From: Lytechinus pictus
Taxonomy: Eukaryota
Assembly (NCBI RefSeq): GCF_037042905.1
Contig: NC_087251.1
Coordinates: 18,850,001 to 18,914,000, forward strand
Reading direction: 5' to 3'
DNA: 64,000 bases
Shown here: in pieces, positions 26,395 through 39,483 of the stretch
How positions within the stretch are numbered: the first letter of the stretch is position 1
Layout: every line of letters starts with the position of its first letter
The notes under the pieces: generated by a model
What the model saw: the letters and a program-made list of their open reading frames with translations, nothing else
The model's database searches: none
Told to the model about the DNA's origin: nothing
Position numbers and translations under genes: made by a program

Positions 26395-26621
26395 TGAAAT
26401 GAAATACTCCGAAAATTTGCTTTGCCCAATTGATCGTGGGCCCGGCAGCCGCTGTGCAGCGCCAGATCGACGAGGCTCTATCCCTTCAATCGTTGAACGC
26501 CAAACAGGGAAGCAGCAACTCCCATCTTTTAACGTCTTTTGGTCTGACGCGGCCGGGGTTTGAACCCCCGACCTCCCGGTTGTGAGACGGACGCTCTACC
26601 AACTGAGCCAACACACCGGTT
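26395..26621 (-). mobile_element. tRNA-derived SINE with V-domain-like body
   Basis: A box TGGCTCAGTTGGTAGAGC and B box GGTTCAAACCC, followed by GTCAGACCAAAAGACGTTAAAAGATGGGAG..CTTCCCTG; no paired acceptor stem. Confidence 0.8.
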
Positions 26622-27574
26622 TATAACATTTAAACAAGTGGAATGCCCCTGACAGTCTTGCCTATACGCAATCAATATAGCAAGGCGATATCACTATCAC
26701 TCTATCTCCTTGGTGTTAGTAACTTACCTTTTAGTAGACCGGCCAAAACGATTTTTTTATACTTTGGACGGCAAAGTTTGTGTTATTTGAATATTAACGG
26801 TATATCTTTTCCATTTACCCTTGGTGTTAATAACTTACCTATGTGTTATTTGAATATTTACTGTATATCTTTTTCCATTTACCCTTTGAATATAAATGTT
26901 AATAAGAGACGGTCACAAAGGGCCAAGGCGCTATGTTGGATTACCTCAATGCTCATATTGGTATTGGAAGTTTTACATGTTTAGGTGTTTCTTTCCCTCA
27001 TTGCATTGTATCCTATCATAGAAAAATGACCTTCCTTTAAAAATCTTGCAATTTAAGTCTGAAGTTTAATCAAATATTCATGTGAAAGCATTAACATAAT
27101 CTTGAAACATATATATGACAAATATTTTCTTAACCGATATACAATATTAGCTTCAATTATAGAATAAGGAAATGAAACGACCGTTTGATTTTGAAATTAG
27201 GATATCACATAAATTTGAACCATTGACCTGTAGAACCAATCACATGAATATGGTGGCTCTCTATTGTAATTCATGAAAATGGAAAGTAGACCTATATCTC
27301 ACTAATGAATGCGAGCGGAGAACGAGCTGAAATTTGTTTGTATTCAGACCTGAAAACGGGACATGTTTGTAAGAATTATCATGATTATATCCCGGGATTA
27401 TATATCTCATTAATCGAATTTTCCTATTTTCATCACAGACTTTACTTTTTATTCAAAGCGCAATGGCCACTTAAATATCATTAAACATGCCAAGTGAGTA
27501 CGAAAATGTAGTGACGTGAAAGATTTTCTATTTTTTTCCCATTCACCTTCTTTTGTTTTATTTACTTTTCTGTT

Positions 27575-27685
27575 CATCTTTCCCTTCTTCTTTTTCTCCC
27601 CTCCTCCTCTTCCTCCTCTTTCTTCTTCTTCTTGTTGTTCTTGTTGTTGTTGTTGTTCGTCTTCTTCATTCTTCGTCTTCTTCTG
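27575..27685. repeat. Compound (CTT/CCT/GTT)n microsatellite
   Basis: Direct observation. Confidence 0.8.
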
Positions 27686-27711
27686 GAGGGGGCAGTCGCT
27701 ATGTCCCCATG

Positions 27712-28570
27712 CAGGGGCGGCGGAACATATTTTAGTTTGGGGGCAAAGCCAAAAAAGGGCACTTATATACCAAAAAGGGCATTTTGGTGCAAACAGATAT
27801 TTTCACCGTGAGATTATCATCTGTGAGAAGAATTTTATGTTTTGTATAGTAATTAAGTTAAGCATATATTTTTTAAAGTGATTTCTGATTGATAAGATAT
27901 TTAGGTTTTATTTTTTTGGAAAAATTCTCAAATCTGAAGTTGTAAAACTCGATCTTTGATCAATTTTTTTATAGACCTAATTACTGTTAAAAGGGCATCC
28001 TTGCGAGATGTTGCGAGCGCGAATTACGATCTTAAACTTTTGGAAATTATGTCATGTACATGAAGAGTAAAAATTGCGAGTAGGTTTTGTAATCATGAAA
28101 AAAGGATGTGAATCCAAGTAAAGAATTAACGCGAGCGCGAAATTGTTAATATATACTGACCAGAAAAGGAACCTTTTGCGACTGCATTTAGTGACTCATG
28201 AATAGGATACGAGCTACATACATCTCACCAATCAAATTATGCGAGCGCAAAGCGCGAGCTGAAAATTTGTGATATTCTAATCCATGAATTTTATTTAACC
28301 AGGAACAGAATGACTACCTTAATACGCACAATAATTGGTGCGAGTGCAAAACACGAACCCAAAATAAGTGATATGCCAGACTGAAAATTGGCAATTCTAA
28401 GCATTTTTGTATGAACAGGATGAGTATCCTACTAAACACTTATTATGTTTCACTTTAAAAAGGGTATTTCATTTTGAAAAAGGGCACAAAAAGATTTTTA
28501 AAAAGAATTTTTTTTTAGGGGGGGGGGGAAGCACTTGCCCTCCCACCTACCCCCGGTTCCGCTGCCCCTG
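27712..28570. mobile_element. hAT-type MITE
   Basis: TIR CAGGGGCGGCGGAAC / GTTCCGCTGCCCCTG; TSD (T/C)CCCCATG. Confidence 0.75.
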
Positions 28571-28825
28571 CCCCCATGATCTGCCTATTAATATTTTTTT
28601 TTCAAAATTTAGAGGAAATATTCGTTTATTTCATGAATAACAAGTTTACTGACCCCAAACGACCTTCGATCTTGATTTAGAAATACATTATTTATTTCAT
28701 AATTATGAAATCCAATAACCATCACACACAAACTTCATTATTTTGATTTGAATATTGGTAATGTGTAAAATGCCAATCTTTATTGAAGTTGGTCCGAAAT
28801 GATCTTTAGCAGTGGTCCTGTGGCC

Positions 28826-29010
28826 CATAGGCGGCGGAATCGGGGGGTGGGGGGGGGGGCCTGTCCCCCCTAAATTTGATGGGGGGACGGTCCCCCTAAT
28901 TTTTTTTTTCTTGATAACTTTTTTTTTTGCTTGTCAATTTTTTTTACCTGTGTCCATCCAAAAATTTCAGGTGGACCTTTTCCTAAATTTTTTGGCTTCC
29001 GCCGCCAATG
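28826..29010. mobile_element. 185-bp hAT-type MITE
   Basis: TIR CATAGGCGGCGGAA / TTCCGCCGCCAATG; perfect 8-bp TSD CTGTGGCC. Confidence 0.85.
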
Positions 29011-30090
29011 CTGTGGCCTGATGATACCTGATAACCATTTTATTCAAGTTTCTCACAAGAAAATACCTTGTGTTTTCAATATTAATGAAAATTAAGGACC
29101 TTAACTGTTGTTTAATTTTTTTTGAATTGATGACTTTAGACCTTGGCCAATGATCGTGAAATCACTTATATCTTTTTGCTGATTTTGATAATCATGTATG
29201 TTTCATGAAATAAGAATTTACTGAGGCCTATATACTTTCAAAATTTAACCTAAAATCCAAAATCTAAACCTTGGTTTAATGTTTGTTATGGTGATCAAAG
29301 TTCATTGACTTCCAAATAACCTTTGACCGTGATAATGTGACCAGACACTAATGTTCAATATCAGTGACAATTAGCTATCTTGTTCTGTAATGCAGTCAAG
29401 CCTTATTCCATTGGTTAATCATCAAAAGTCACAAGACTGACTTCAAAAGCACGAACAATAATTAAACTCTGAAAAAAAAATTTGGTCTTTATGAGTGTTT
29501 CTCCAGGCTTCCCCGCCTCATTGTAGGCTAATGATAGGTATTTTGACACAACACTCAACAGTGCATACAAACTACATAGCACTTGTTGTTATTGACTAGG
29601 CAGCATACATAATAATACTCCTCAGAGGCTAATGATAAAAACATTTTGACGGGGACAGCATGTGGGGCAAAATAACTAAACAGCTACGGGCGAGCAAAGC
29701 GAATGAGCAATTAAAAAAAGTAAATTAAATGATGTCATATTTCACCCCTAGAATGGGCTGGAGAACTGAGCACTGTACCGTACACCATTACAAGAGGATT
29801 GATAAAACATTATTCAATATTTATGAAACTGGACTATAGTGTTGTGAAAAATACTTAAAATCATACATCATAGGTATTTTGACACAACACTCAACAGTGC
29901 ATACAAACTACATAGCATTTGTTGTTATTGACTTGGCAGCATACATAATAATACTCCTTGGTGCATTAAAAAAAATATCAATGGCTCTATGGGTGGGGGG
30001 GGGGGGGCGTCTCCCATTTTTGTTGAATAAAATTCCAAATAAAAAGTAGCAAATTTAAATCAAATTTAAAAAGAATGAAAATTTGACCCC

Positions 30091-30246
30091 TGGGCCCCGT
30101 TGCATAAAATGTTGCCATCCAATGGTAGCTTGCATGGAATCCTTGATTCTGATTGGCTGTTGATCATCGTTACCATGGTAGTTACTATCGGATGGCAAAG
30201 TTACCATAGTATACATGTATAGTAATGTTTATGCAATGGAGCTCAG
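30091..30246. mobile_element. Short palindromic MITE (Harbinger/Tourist-like)
   Basis: TGGGCCCCGTTGCATAAA...TTTATGCAATGGAGCTCA inverted ends. Confidence 0.55.
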
Positions 30247-30341
30247 GTCCCTGGTAATAGATTGGTTTCCAAATTATTGAAATGGCAGTCTTATCTGGAA
30301 TACAACTGGGTGTAATATGTAACAGTTACCCCCATAATTAA

Positions 30342-30935
30342 AGGACAAGTCCATCCCAACAAAAAGTTGATTTGAATAAAAAGAGAAAAATCCAAAAAGC
30401 ATAAAGCTAAAAATTTCATCAAAATCGGATGTAAAATAAAAATGTTAAGACATTTTAAAATTTGCTTAATTTCACAAAACAGTTCTATTCACATCCTGGT
30501 CGGTATGCAAATGAGGAGACTGATGACGTCATCCACTCACTATTTCTTTTGTATTTTATTATGTGAAATATGAAATATTCTAATTTCTCCTCATTGTCAA
30601 GTGAATCAATAATTAATTCCTCCCTGTGAACATGTGTAGATAGCATTGTTTTATACTATATGGTTCAGTCCAGTTGGTCCTTATTGTCAAATCTGTAAAA
30701 AAAATGAAAATCGTATAATTTAAACAATAAAAAGCAAAAGAAATAGTGAGTGATGGACATCATCGACTGACTCACCTAATTGTGCATAACACAGTTTTGT
30801 GAAAAATAAGCGAAATTTTAAAATTCCATAACTTTCTTATTTTACATTCGATTTTGATGAAATTTTCAGGGTTATGCTAGTTTGATTTTTCTCTATTTAT
30901 TCAAATCAACATTTTTCTGGGATGGACATGTACAC
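30342..30935. mobile_element. TTAA-flanked (Kolobok-like) MITE, family 1, longer copy
   Basis: Shares ~390 bp with 1404-1821; long imperfect inverted arms. Confidence 0.75.
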
Positions 30936-31806
30936 GCGAAAATATTATGGATTTAACAGGCAATTGAACGACTGGAAAAAAAATGCACTTAAAATTTGTT
31001 TTTCTTTTAAATATCATGTAATGCAATTGAATAGGCTCTGTTGCCATTTTGGTATTTGCAGTGTTGACCTGAAAAACCAAATACACGGAGTAACATTCAA
31101 CATGTCAGGAAACAACCTTGTTTATATCAAAGGAAATTCCTCCTTTTTATGAGGAAGTCTGGTTCGGTAGATTGACACTTGATCCCTGTATACTGTAAGT
31201 ATGGGTTGATATATATGTGATACCCAGAAAGGGAATTGAAATTCATTTTTTTCTACTCTCTCTTTTGGGGGAGTGGTCATTTCAAAATTTTCTCTGGCGA
31301 TGTTCCTGATTAGGGTTGCACCGTTTTCTTTTTTTTGGTCAACAATAAACAATCATGTGCATTTTTGTATGACTGATGATGAAGCAGGTTCTTTGATTTA
31401 AAAAAAAAACAAAGAAAAACAAACCAATAGAAGATATGATATAGAATAGTGAGGGCAGGAGAAGACCAGCAGACAAGAGCGGAATCTATCACCAAAGGTA
31501 GTTGGGACCAGGGACTGAAAAAGCAAAAAAAAAAAAAAGGTTTATCATTAAAAAAAAAAAAAAAAAGGTTATCACCCAAAATGTAAGCTCATTTCGAACA
31601 AAATAAATTTGACAAGAAAAAAAAAAGGTTAAGTAAGGTCATCTCGTCCAAAATACATGTTTTATTTCGATTTTTAAGACCAAAAATAGTAGGGGAAACA
31701 TCCGCCCATGCCAACAGAGGCACAAATCTTTTGTGAAATTGAAATCTACTTACTAAATATGTTTTTCTTGATGTTTTCAGATGAAATCATGCCAACATTA
31801 TCTTCT

Positions 31807-32820
31807 AACAAGTGGAACGCCTCTGGCAGTCTCGCCTGCATTACGCAATTTGATCAGCAGCAGTGCTGACTTTGAAAATAGCTATTAAATAATTATTCAC
31901 ACAAGAATACTATGTCAATTGACCCAAGATGACCTTTGACCATGATCATGTGACCTAAGACATGTGCAAAACAATAATTTATACTTGATTACCCTTACGT
32001 CTATGTTCTATGAACTACATGTGTAGATCCATACACTTTCTAAGTTATGATGCAAATTCAACAAATACCCCCAACACAGCCAAATGACCTTTGATTTTTG
32101 TCATGTGACCAGAAACAAGCACAAGATATTCAGGGATACATGGTTACTCTAATGTCCCAAGTTTCATGAATTAGATCTATAAACTTTATTTTATGATAAT
32201 TCCACCAATACCCCCCCCCCCCCACATTATCAAAGTTCGTTGACCCTAAATAACCTTTGACCTAGATCATGTGATATGAAACTTGCACAAGATGTTCATG
32301 GATACTTAACTGCTCTTACGTCTAAGTTTCATGAACTAGATCCATAAAATGTCAAAGTTATGATGACAATTACTCAAATACCCCCAACATGGTCAAAGTT
32401 CGTTGACCCTAAGTGACCTTTGACCTTGGTCATGTGACCTGAAACTCAGGCAGGATCTTCACTATCACCCTTATGTCCAAATTTCATGAAGTAGGTCCAT
32501 ATACTTTAGAAGTTATGACGACATTTCAAAAACTTAACCTTGGTTAAGATTTCGATATTGATTCCCGCAACATGGTCTAAGTTCATTGACCCTAAATGAG
32601 CTTTGACCTTGGTCATGTGACCTGAAACTCAGGCAGAATGTTCAGTAATACTTGATTACCCTTATGTCCAAGTTTCATGAACTAGGTCCATATACTTTCT
32701 AAGTTATGATAACATTTCAAAACTTTAACCTTGGTTAAGATTTCAATGTTGACGACGCCGCCGTCGCCGTCGGAAAAGCGGCGCCTGCAGTCTCGCTCTG
32801 CTATGCAGGCGAGACAAAAA
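31807..32820 (+). mobile_element. Helentron/HINE-like element, family A copy 1
   Basis: 5' GTCTCGCCTGCA is inverted to 3' TGCAGGCGAGAC; tandem cores; (GCC)n; 3' hairpin; A-tract end. Confidence 0.8.
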
Positions 32821-35800
32821 TCACTCTTGGATAATTGGATGATAAAGTAACCAATACTGATACAAATCATTGTGTGAAAATTCTTTTTTTTTTTAGTGAT
32901 TGGATACAGGAATGTTCCACTATCTGTAAATCAAAACCCAACTCAATGACACCCATCTATCCTACCCCCACAAACTCTGTTATAACTTCACCAGATATCT
33001 ACATCACTACAACATCAACGAAAATGTAACTTCAAATTCATCAAGTGGTCATATAAGATACATATATTCTCAGGCAATGCTTGCATATTTAACCACATCA
33101 CGGTAGCCCCCCCCCCCCCCCCATCCAGCTGAGTTTATCATATAAAGAAATCCATGAGATCATAGATTTCTTACAGCACACAAAATTCACATCACACACA
33201 AACTCATTTCACACAAAATGGCTGGTTCAGTTCCAAATACTGTAAAACATGTAAAGGTATTTGTCTATCGGGTAAAGAAAAAAAAGAGAACCCCTCCCAT
33301 CAAAAACAACACCATCACCTCATTTTTTAGTTTTTAATATTGTAGATCCTTTCCCACTTGAGAAATATATATGTCTGCATTAATTGCCAATTAGAACTGA
33401 AAAACTCATCAAAATACACATTATTTCAATAAATTGACAAAGAAACTATAATGTACTCTCATTATTTATGATTTAATGCTCCAATTTTGACAAGTACATA
33501 GGACATTTCTTTGAAAACAAATACAAATTCTGTTTTAACACTACAAATAATAATCACAGGTATATAGATGCTATGTAAACTTTGCTTCATGCCACTACGA
33601 TGAAAAGCACATTTTCACTAGTGATATCAACATACAAGTTTTTGCACCTGCACTAGGATAATTTTATTTATTATTAACTTGTGTCAAGTTGTCAACATTA
33701 AATATTTTTGTTTTCTCGTGATAAGAAACATTACAAGCTTGTGACATTTCTTTGAAACAAACAAGACTGAAGCAATTGATTGAAAATGTATGTTCTGATA
33801 TAAGAGTAAAATTTATATTAGTGCAATAGACAGGTTTCTTGTTTCCACTGAAGTAACACGTGTCTTGATCCAGTATTCTACAGTTCACAAGCCGTACATT
33901 TTGTACCTATATGCATTAACTACAATGGAAAAAAAATGAATGAGACATAGTTGTCCCATATGATTGCTAAGAAGTAAACTACAGAACAAGTAAATAGATA
34001 AATAATAGAATTTCAAAGAGAGAAGGGGGAAACACAATTGCTTCAGCATTTTCAGTATTTCAGAAATTCAGTGTTTTCACAATCAATGTAAGAAAATTTG
34101 TAAATGTATTGTACAAAAGTGGATGTGAACTAAAAACTTTCAATTATTACCACTAAGTTATGCATGAAATCATTCCATTACTGCATAAGACCCAAAACCA
34201 ATATAGTAATACCACTAAAAAAAGTAATTGCCAAATCAATATTTTGGGATGTATAGAAACATGTCTTTCTTTATTGAAACATATCTTGTAAAAAAACAAT
34301 CACCATCACCATATCTACCAAGTTTGAGTCTTCTGTAGTTTATACATGTACTTCCAAATAAGTCACACCAATAAAACCATTCTACATCCATTACAATTCA
34401 TTTATTGACCCAAAAATTCCATCAGTTCCTTTCCTACTGCAATATACATAATGTACATGGGCCCAGTTTTACAAGAGATCAGTTGTGATGTATCAAGTTC
34501 ACAAGCTATTTCAACGTAGTTGTGTTGACTTGTGACCTTGAAGTACTGGAGTAGACTTGATGACCCTAAAATCCACTCACTGAAGTACAATTTTCATATT
34601 ATTTTCATGAAAATCTGTCCATTGGTTCACAAGATACAATGTTTCTCATTTTTAATCTTTAAAGAACAGAAGGATGGACAACCCATAGTCTTGGTACTCC
34701 ACCCCAGAAAAATCCCTCACCTTGACATCAAGATATACATGTACTTTATCTTGTGCTGCAAATAGTCAATACATTGTTTTCAATACAATTCATTGAATGT
34801 TTCTTTGAAATAAGGAAATGAGTGCACACATATACGTCAAACATTAATGAGAGAAGATTTCAAGCATTAAAATCACAAAAAGCACAATATACCCTACAAT
34901 GTCAAAATATAATCTCTAACTTTTAATAGCAACATTTGTTTTGAAATGGCTAAACTAAAACATTGATCAATTCAATACACACAAAATGTGCAAACCTTTG
35001 TAAAATGCAATGATAATATAGAATATTTTGAAGTACTCAAGAATAAAAAGATGCCTATAACTTTAGCTTGAAAAGCAGATGATGAAATAAACACAGAAGT
35101 ATTTATGATGCAATGTTCAGTCATTTTCGTGTCTCTCACCATACACTACTATGACCCACATTGCATGAACTGTGTACACTATACAAAATAGATACTTATT
35201 TGGCTTACTATATTACATATATAAGTTGTATACAGAATCACTAGTACTTTGACAACAATTAATCACTACACACATACATTGTACATGCAGTGAAATTTAT
35301 CTGAGAAATATGCATGTATACAGTATAGCAATATTCTTCCACAAGAAATGGGCTATTAATCAATATGGACGGGCCTTGACAAAGATCTAACATGGCCTGA
35401 ATTAGTTCATACCCCCAGAGGTTTAAAGCTGAAGGTGACACAAATGACAAATCTCACAAGAGCAATAAATGTCACATCTTGGAAAGGCAAGTCCATTTAT
35501 TACTTAAAGTCTGCGAGACATCTCCAGCAAATTCATGTCAACAAGAAAGCTTTGTTCATTATCATTCATTAGGTTTTTTTGGTTAATTTCTATGAATGAA
35601 TATAAATTCAAATCACATTAATGCAAACTTCACACTGTTTTTACATTAAAACTGATTGATCTTACACATTCAAAATAACATTTCTTTAAGAAAATAAAAG
35701 AATCAGAGATAATGACCTTGCTTGTTACAGACCTACATGTATGTCTGACAGATTTTGACTTCTTTTGCAATTGAGCTGATTAAAGTCAGAATTAACCTTA

Positions 35801-38727
35801 TAAGATGTCTTGAAAAGATTATGATATTCCCTGATATTCTACCCTCAACAAGATGTCTGGGTAGGGTAGACCAGAGTGTCAGAATAATCTCTGCTCATTA
35901 ACATTTTATATCTGCTGGTAGAGAAGAACACAACTTAATGGCATACACACAACAGCTAGATTACATGAATAATAATAAACTCACTGAACAAACTTGGAGT
36001 ACCGTATAAATAAATTGGAAGAAATCATTCTTTTTTAGCATACAAGAATATAATTTTTTTTAAAATCTACTTTCTGCCAGAAGATCAACCTTTCACAGTA
36101 CATGATGTGCGAATTATTCAATCTGCCAATATCCTGATTTACAGTGTATCCTGATATTGACTAGTTATTTGTGTTTTACAATGAATCAGTCCGAAACTGA
36201 AACTGGCAATGAGGACAAGCCAGGCATTTTCCTTCAACTACAGAAGAGTTTAATAGTTGTGCCATAATTTACTGTACTGTATATGAATTCATAAACATGT
36301 ACATGTACATATTCATATTGTTGCCTCATCATCAATGTAATTTTGTACATCAATATTCATAATTGCCTAATAATTACATATTTAATCTGTTTTAACTTAT
36401 AATATATATTTTTTTATAAACAACATGTTGATTCATTGGATGGTGCAAATCCTATGCATGAGTTGTCAACACTATGGACCCATAAAAAGAACTGCAGTAT
36501 TTTTTGAGGGATGAAGAAGGTAATTTGGGTTAAAAAATCGTTTTTGAAACTATTCTTCTATGCAAATTGTGCAATTTTTTTGGGAAAACTGCAAAAGGGT
36601 ATTTTTCATAAAACCTGCAGTTTATCATAAAAAAAGAAAACAGTATAAAATACTGTAACAAAGAACAGTTTACATCTCTGAAATACATTCATCATGACCC
36701 ATGCATGAAGTATGATCCTTAGATAGCGGGCTGTGGAATAAAAATCATAATTAAAATACATGTATACTGACAAAAAAATGCCCTTGTCAAACAAGAGCTG
36801 AACAAAGGAAATGATTATTATTCAATATAATAATTGTCATATCAGGATTTTTTTTTTGTCTGAGGAAAAATAGATTTGGAATAGATCCAAATAGACAAAG
36901 AATGATACTTCTCATTCTCAACTAATATCTACAATTATTGTAGATAAAAGCCAAAAAGAAGGGGGTGGGATTATTTGAAATTAAATCTTAAAATTCGATT
37001 CCTAAATTTCTTAACTACTGATATATGAAAAATAGGATATGGCATCATAAAGAGTTGAATAACTCTTTTTCTTTGAAATAGAGAGGTTTGGCAAATTTGA
37101 ACTTGGCAAGCAGATAAACCGACCTTCACTGAAATGTACATTGATGAAACAAATGCTGTGCACTTCCAAGCAAACCTCCAAATCAATTAGAATTCAGAGA
37201 AAACAAAGGTACAGTTAATCTTGTGTATCAAATTTATTCATTATTTCATTAATGATTAAATATTTAATATGCCAAATTTGTTTATGATTGAGAGCATATG
37301 TTGTGTTCATATTGAGGCCGGGGTAGAGTAGTTCAATAATCATAATTTAATTTGATGAAATGCATATTTTGATAAATGATGGAATTTGAAAAAATGCATT
37401 ATATGCATGTGTATGTTGGTTGCTGTGATTTACAATTATGATGCCTTTAATAGGTACAACAGGGGAATCACCCTTTTCCCCAAGTGATATGTGATAGAAA
37501 ATAGTGATATTACACCATAGATATACATGTATGTGATTCAATTATGTCTGCAGACTGCTGTCATCCAAACAAGTCTAAAAGAAGAAAAGGTTGACTTGCT
37601 AAATTATAACCACAGCTCTAATACTCTAAAATGACAGACTAATAATGAATATGAACATTTCCTAATCAAACAATCAGTGACATTGAAGGGTAAGCTTCTC
37701 ATCTACCAGTTTTACAACAAAGATATGGGTACAGCAGGGGTACAGGCATATTTACTAATAGGATGTGCTACGTTTGGTTTGTTTTGATCTCACTATGTAC
37801 ACAAATAGTCAATTCCACAAAAGTAGCACATGCATGATGCTTGGGAAAGAGAATGTTACTGACTCAGCAGGGGTGCATGACGATGATAACATTTGGTAAA
37901 ACATCCTTTACTACATGTAGTACTACTGTTTTTATCTTTGGAAAAGAGAGGTACACAACATTCACACATGGTTATGATGCAAATCCACATAGTTTTAACT
38001 GGGACCTATCAGGATATCATACTTTACTTGATTAATTTCAATATTCCACATGACACTACACCATAGCCTCACTAACTGTTTCAATGACCGTGCTACTTCA
38101 AATGATTTCGGTTCTGCTGTAACATTCAACACATTCAGCATCGTAAGCCTATCTGAATTAAAGTGTATGTTTGATAATTCATACACGTTGAAGTTACGCA
38201 TACAGGAAAGGCTCACACATACCTGATAGCAGAAAAGACAGTCAATGAAACACATACATGTATTCGCTAATTGAGAGGAAGTACATCAGGAACTATTATC
38301 ATTTATTATCATGAGCAACAAATGTTGGGAATACCAAATAATTCCCCAGAAAATATAACTGCCATTTACTTTCAGTTTAGTGTGCTCAACTTACATAGGA
38401 CCTTAAAAACAAGAGGAGTGAATATTAATACAATGAACATGTAAGTGGTCACTGGAAAGGAAATTGTACAATACAGTGTTGCACTTTATGGGTAGTTGGT
38501 CATTTTCTACATATAATGTAGAAGTATTTTTTTCCACTGTAGAACTAGAAATATTTTTTTTCTGATTCTGAAGCATACTTTGCATGTACATAATACATGT
38601 ATATTTACACTTAACGTGTGCATAAATCTTAAAATGGCATTCAATTTCTATAGATCTTCAATATGTATGTACAATGTACTGTTGCAATGTAAATTAAGTG
38701 TTACTTTAAAACAATTACAATAATTGA

Positions 38728-39435
38728 TCATTTTGGATCAACACCACTAAATCCCCTTTTATTTGTGGGTACCAAATGAAGAGGTAATTCAGCAGGAAGC
38801 TCACTTCCATCTAGTTTGATACCTATTAAATGTAAGCACAAACCAAACTCCTCTTTGTCAAGCATGCCATCTCGGTCAACATCTGAAAGCTTCCATATCC
38901 TGCCCAGAGTAAGGTTGGGCAGTTTGGACTTGATCATGTACTTCTTGGCTGCAGTGCCAGAGATCTTACCATTCAGTGGACCAAGACTTTCAAAGATCTT
39001 TTCATATTCATCCATCTTGGCCTCAACAACCCAGTCCACGATCTCATGCTTTCCGTAGTCTGCACCAACTCCGTATCCCGTGCCGAACGGACTTGACTCA
39101 TCTGCAGTGAAAGCTCCGCCTCTGATGAGCTGTCTTTTATCAAGAGCCTCTTCTGTGGGGATCATCTGCATGAGGCGGGTCATGTCGGATCCCAACATTG
39201 AATCAACCTTCTCTATCATGCGTGGTTTGAGGGTGTGGAACTTTGTGAAATCCATATCCTTGAGGACTTCTCTCATACGACTCAGGGAGGGGAAGTCTCC
39301 AGGTGAGATCTGGTAGGTTCGTTCAACCTCCTTGTATACCTCGGGTAGGTTGTTGATCAGTTCCTTCTTCTTGGCTTCCTTGCCAAACATGGAAGGCATA
39401 TCCCGTTTCAGAATGCTCATCACATAGGCATGGAC
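38728..39435 (-). CDS. EHD1: EHD coding exon 2: helical domain and C-terminal EH domain; total protein 540 aa
   Basis: cttgcttAG|GTCCATGCC gives VHAYVMSILKRDMPSMFGKE, continuing RARLAK-VHAY. EH domain SKLPNLTLGRIWKLSDVDRDGMLDKEEF; TGA at 38730-38728. Confidence 0.97.
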   Translation of the reverse strand, partial: VHAYVMSILKRDMPSMFGKEAKKKELINNLPEVYKEVERTYQISPGDFPSLSRMREVLKDMDFTKFHTLKPRMIEKVDSMLGSDMTRLMQMIPTEEALDKRQLIRGGAFTADESSPFGTGYGVGADYGKHEIVDWVVEAKMDEYEKIFESLGPLNGKISGTAAKKYMIKSKLPNLTLGRIWKLSDVDRDGMLDKEEFGLCLHLIGIKLDGSELPAELPLHLVPTNKRGFSGVDPK

Positions 39436-39483
39436 CTAAGCAAGAAAAATAAGAAATCAATAATAAAATGTGTAAGATTAAAA

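Noticed and set aside
26545..26621. tRNA-Val(CAC)-like gene
   Set aside because: The acceptor stem does not pair and the sequence runs directly into a SINE body.
26136..27881. His-rich and Ser/Cys-rich ORFs
   Set aside because: Translations of microsatellites.
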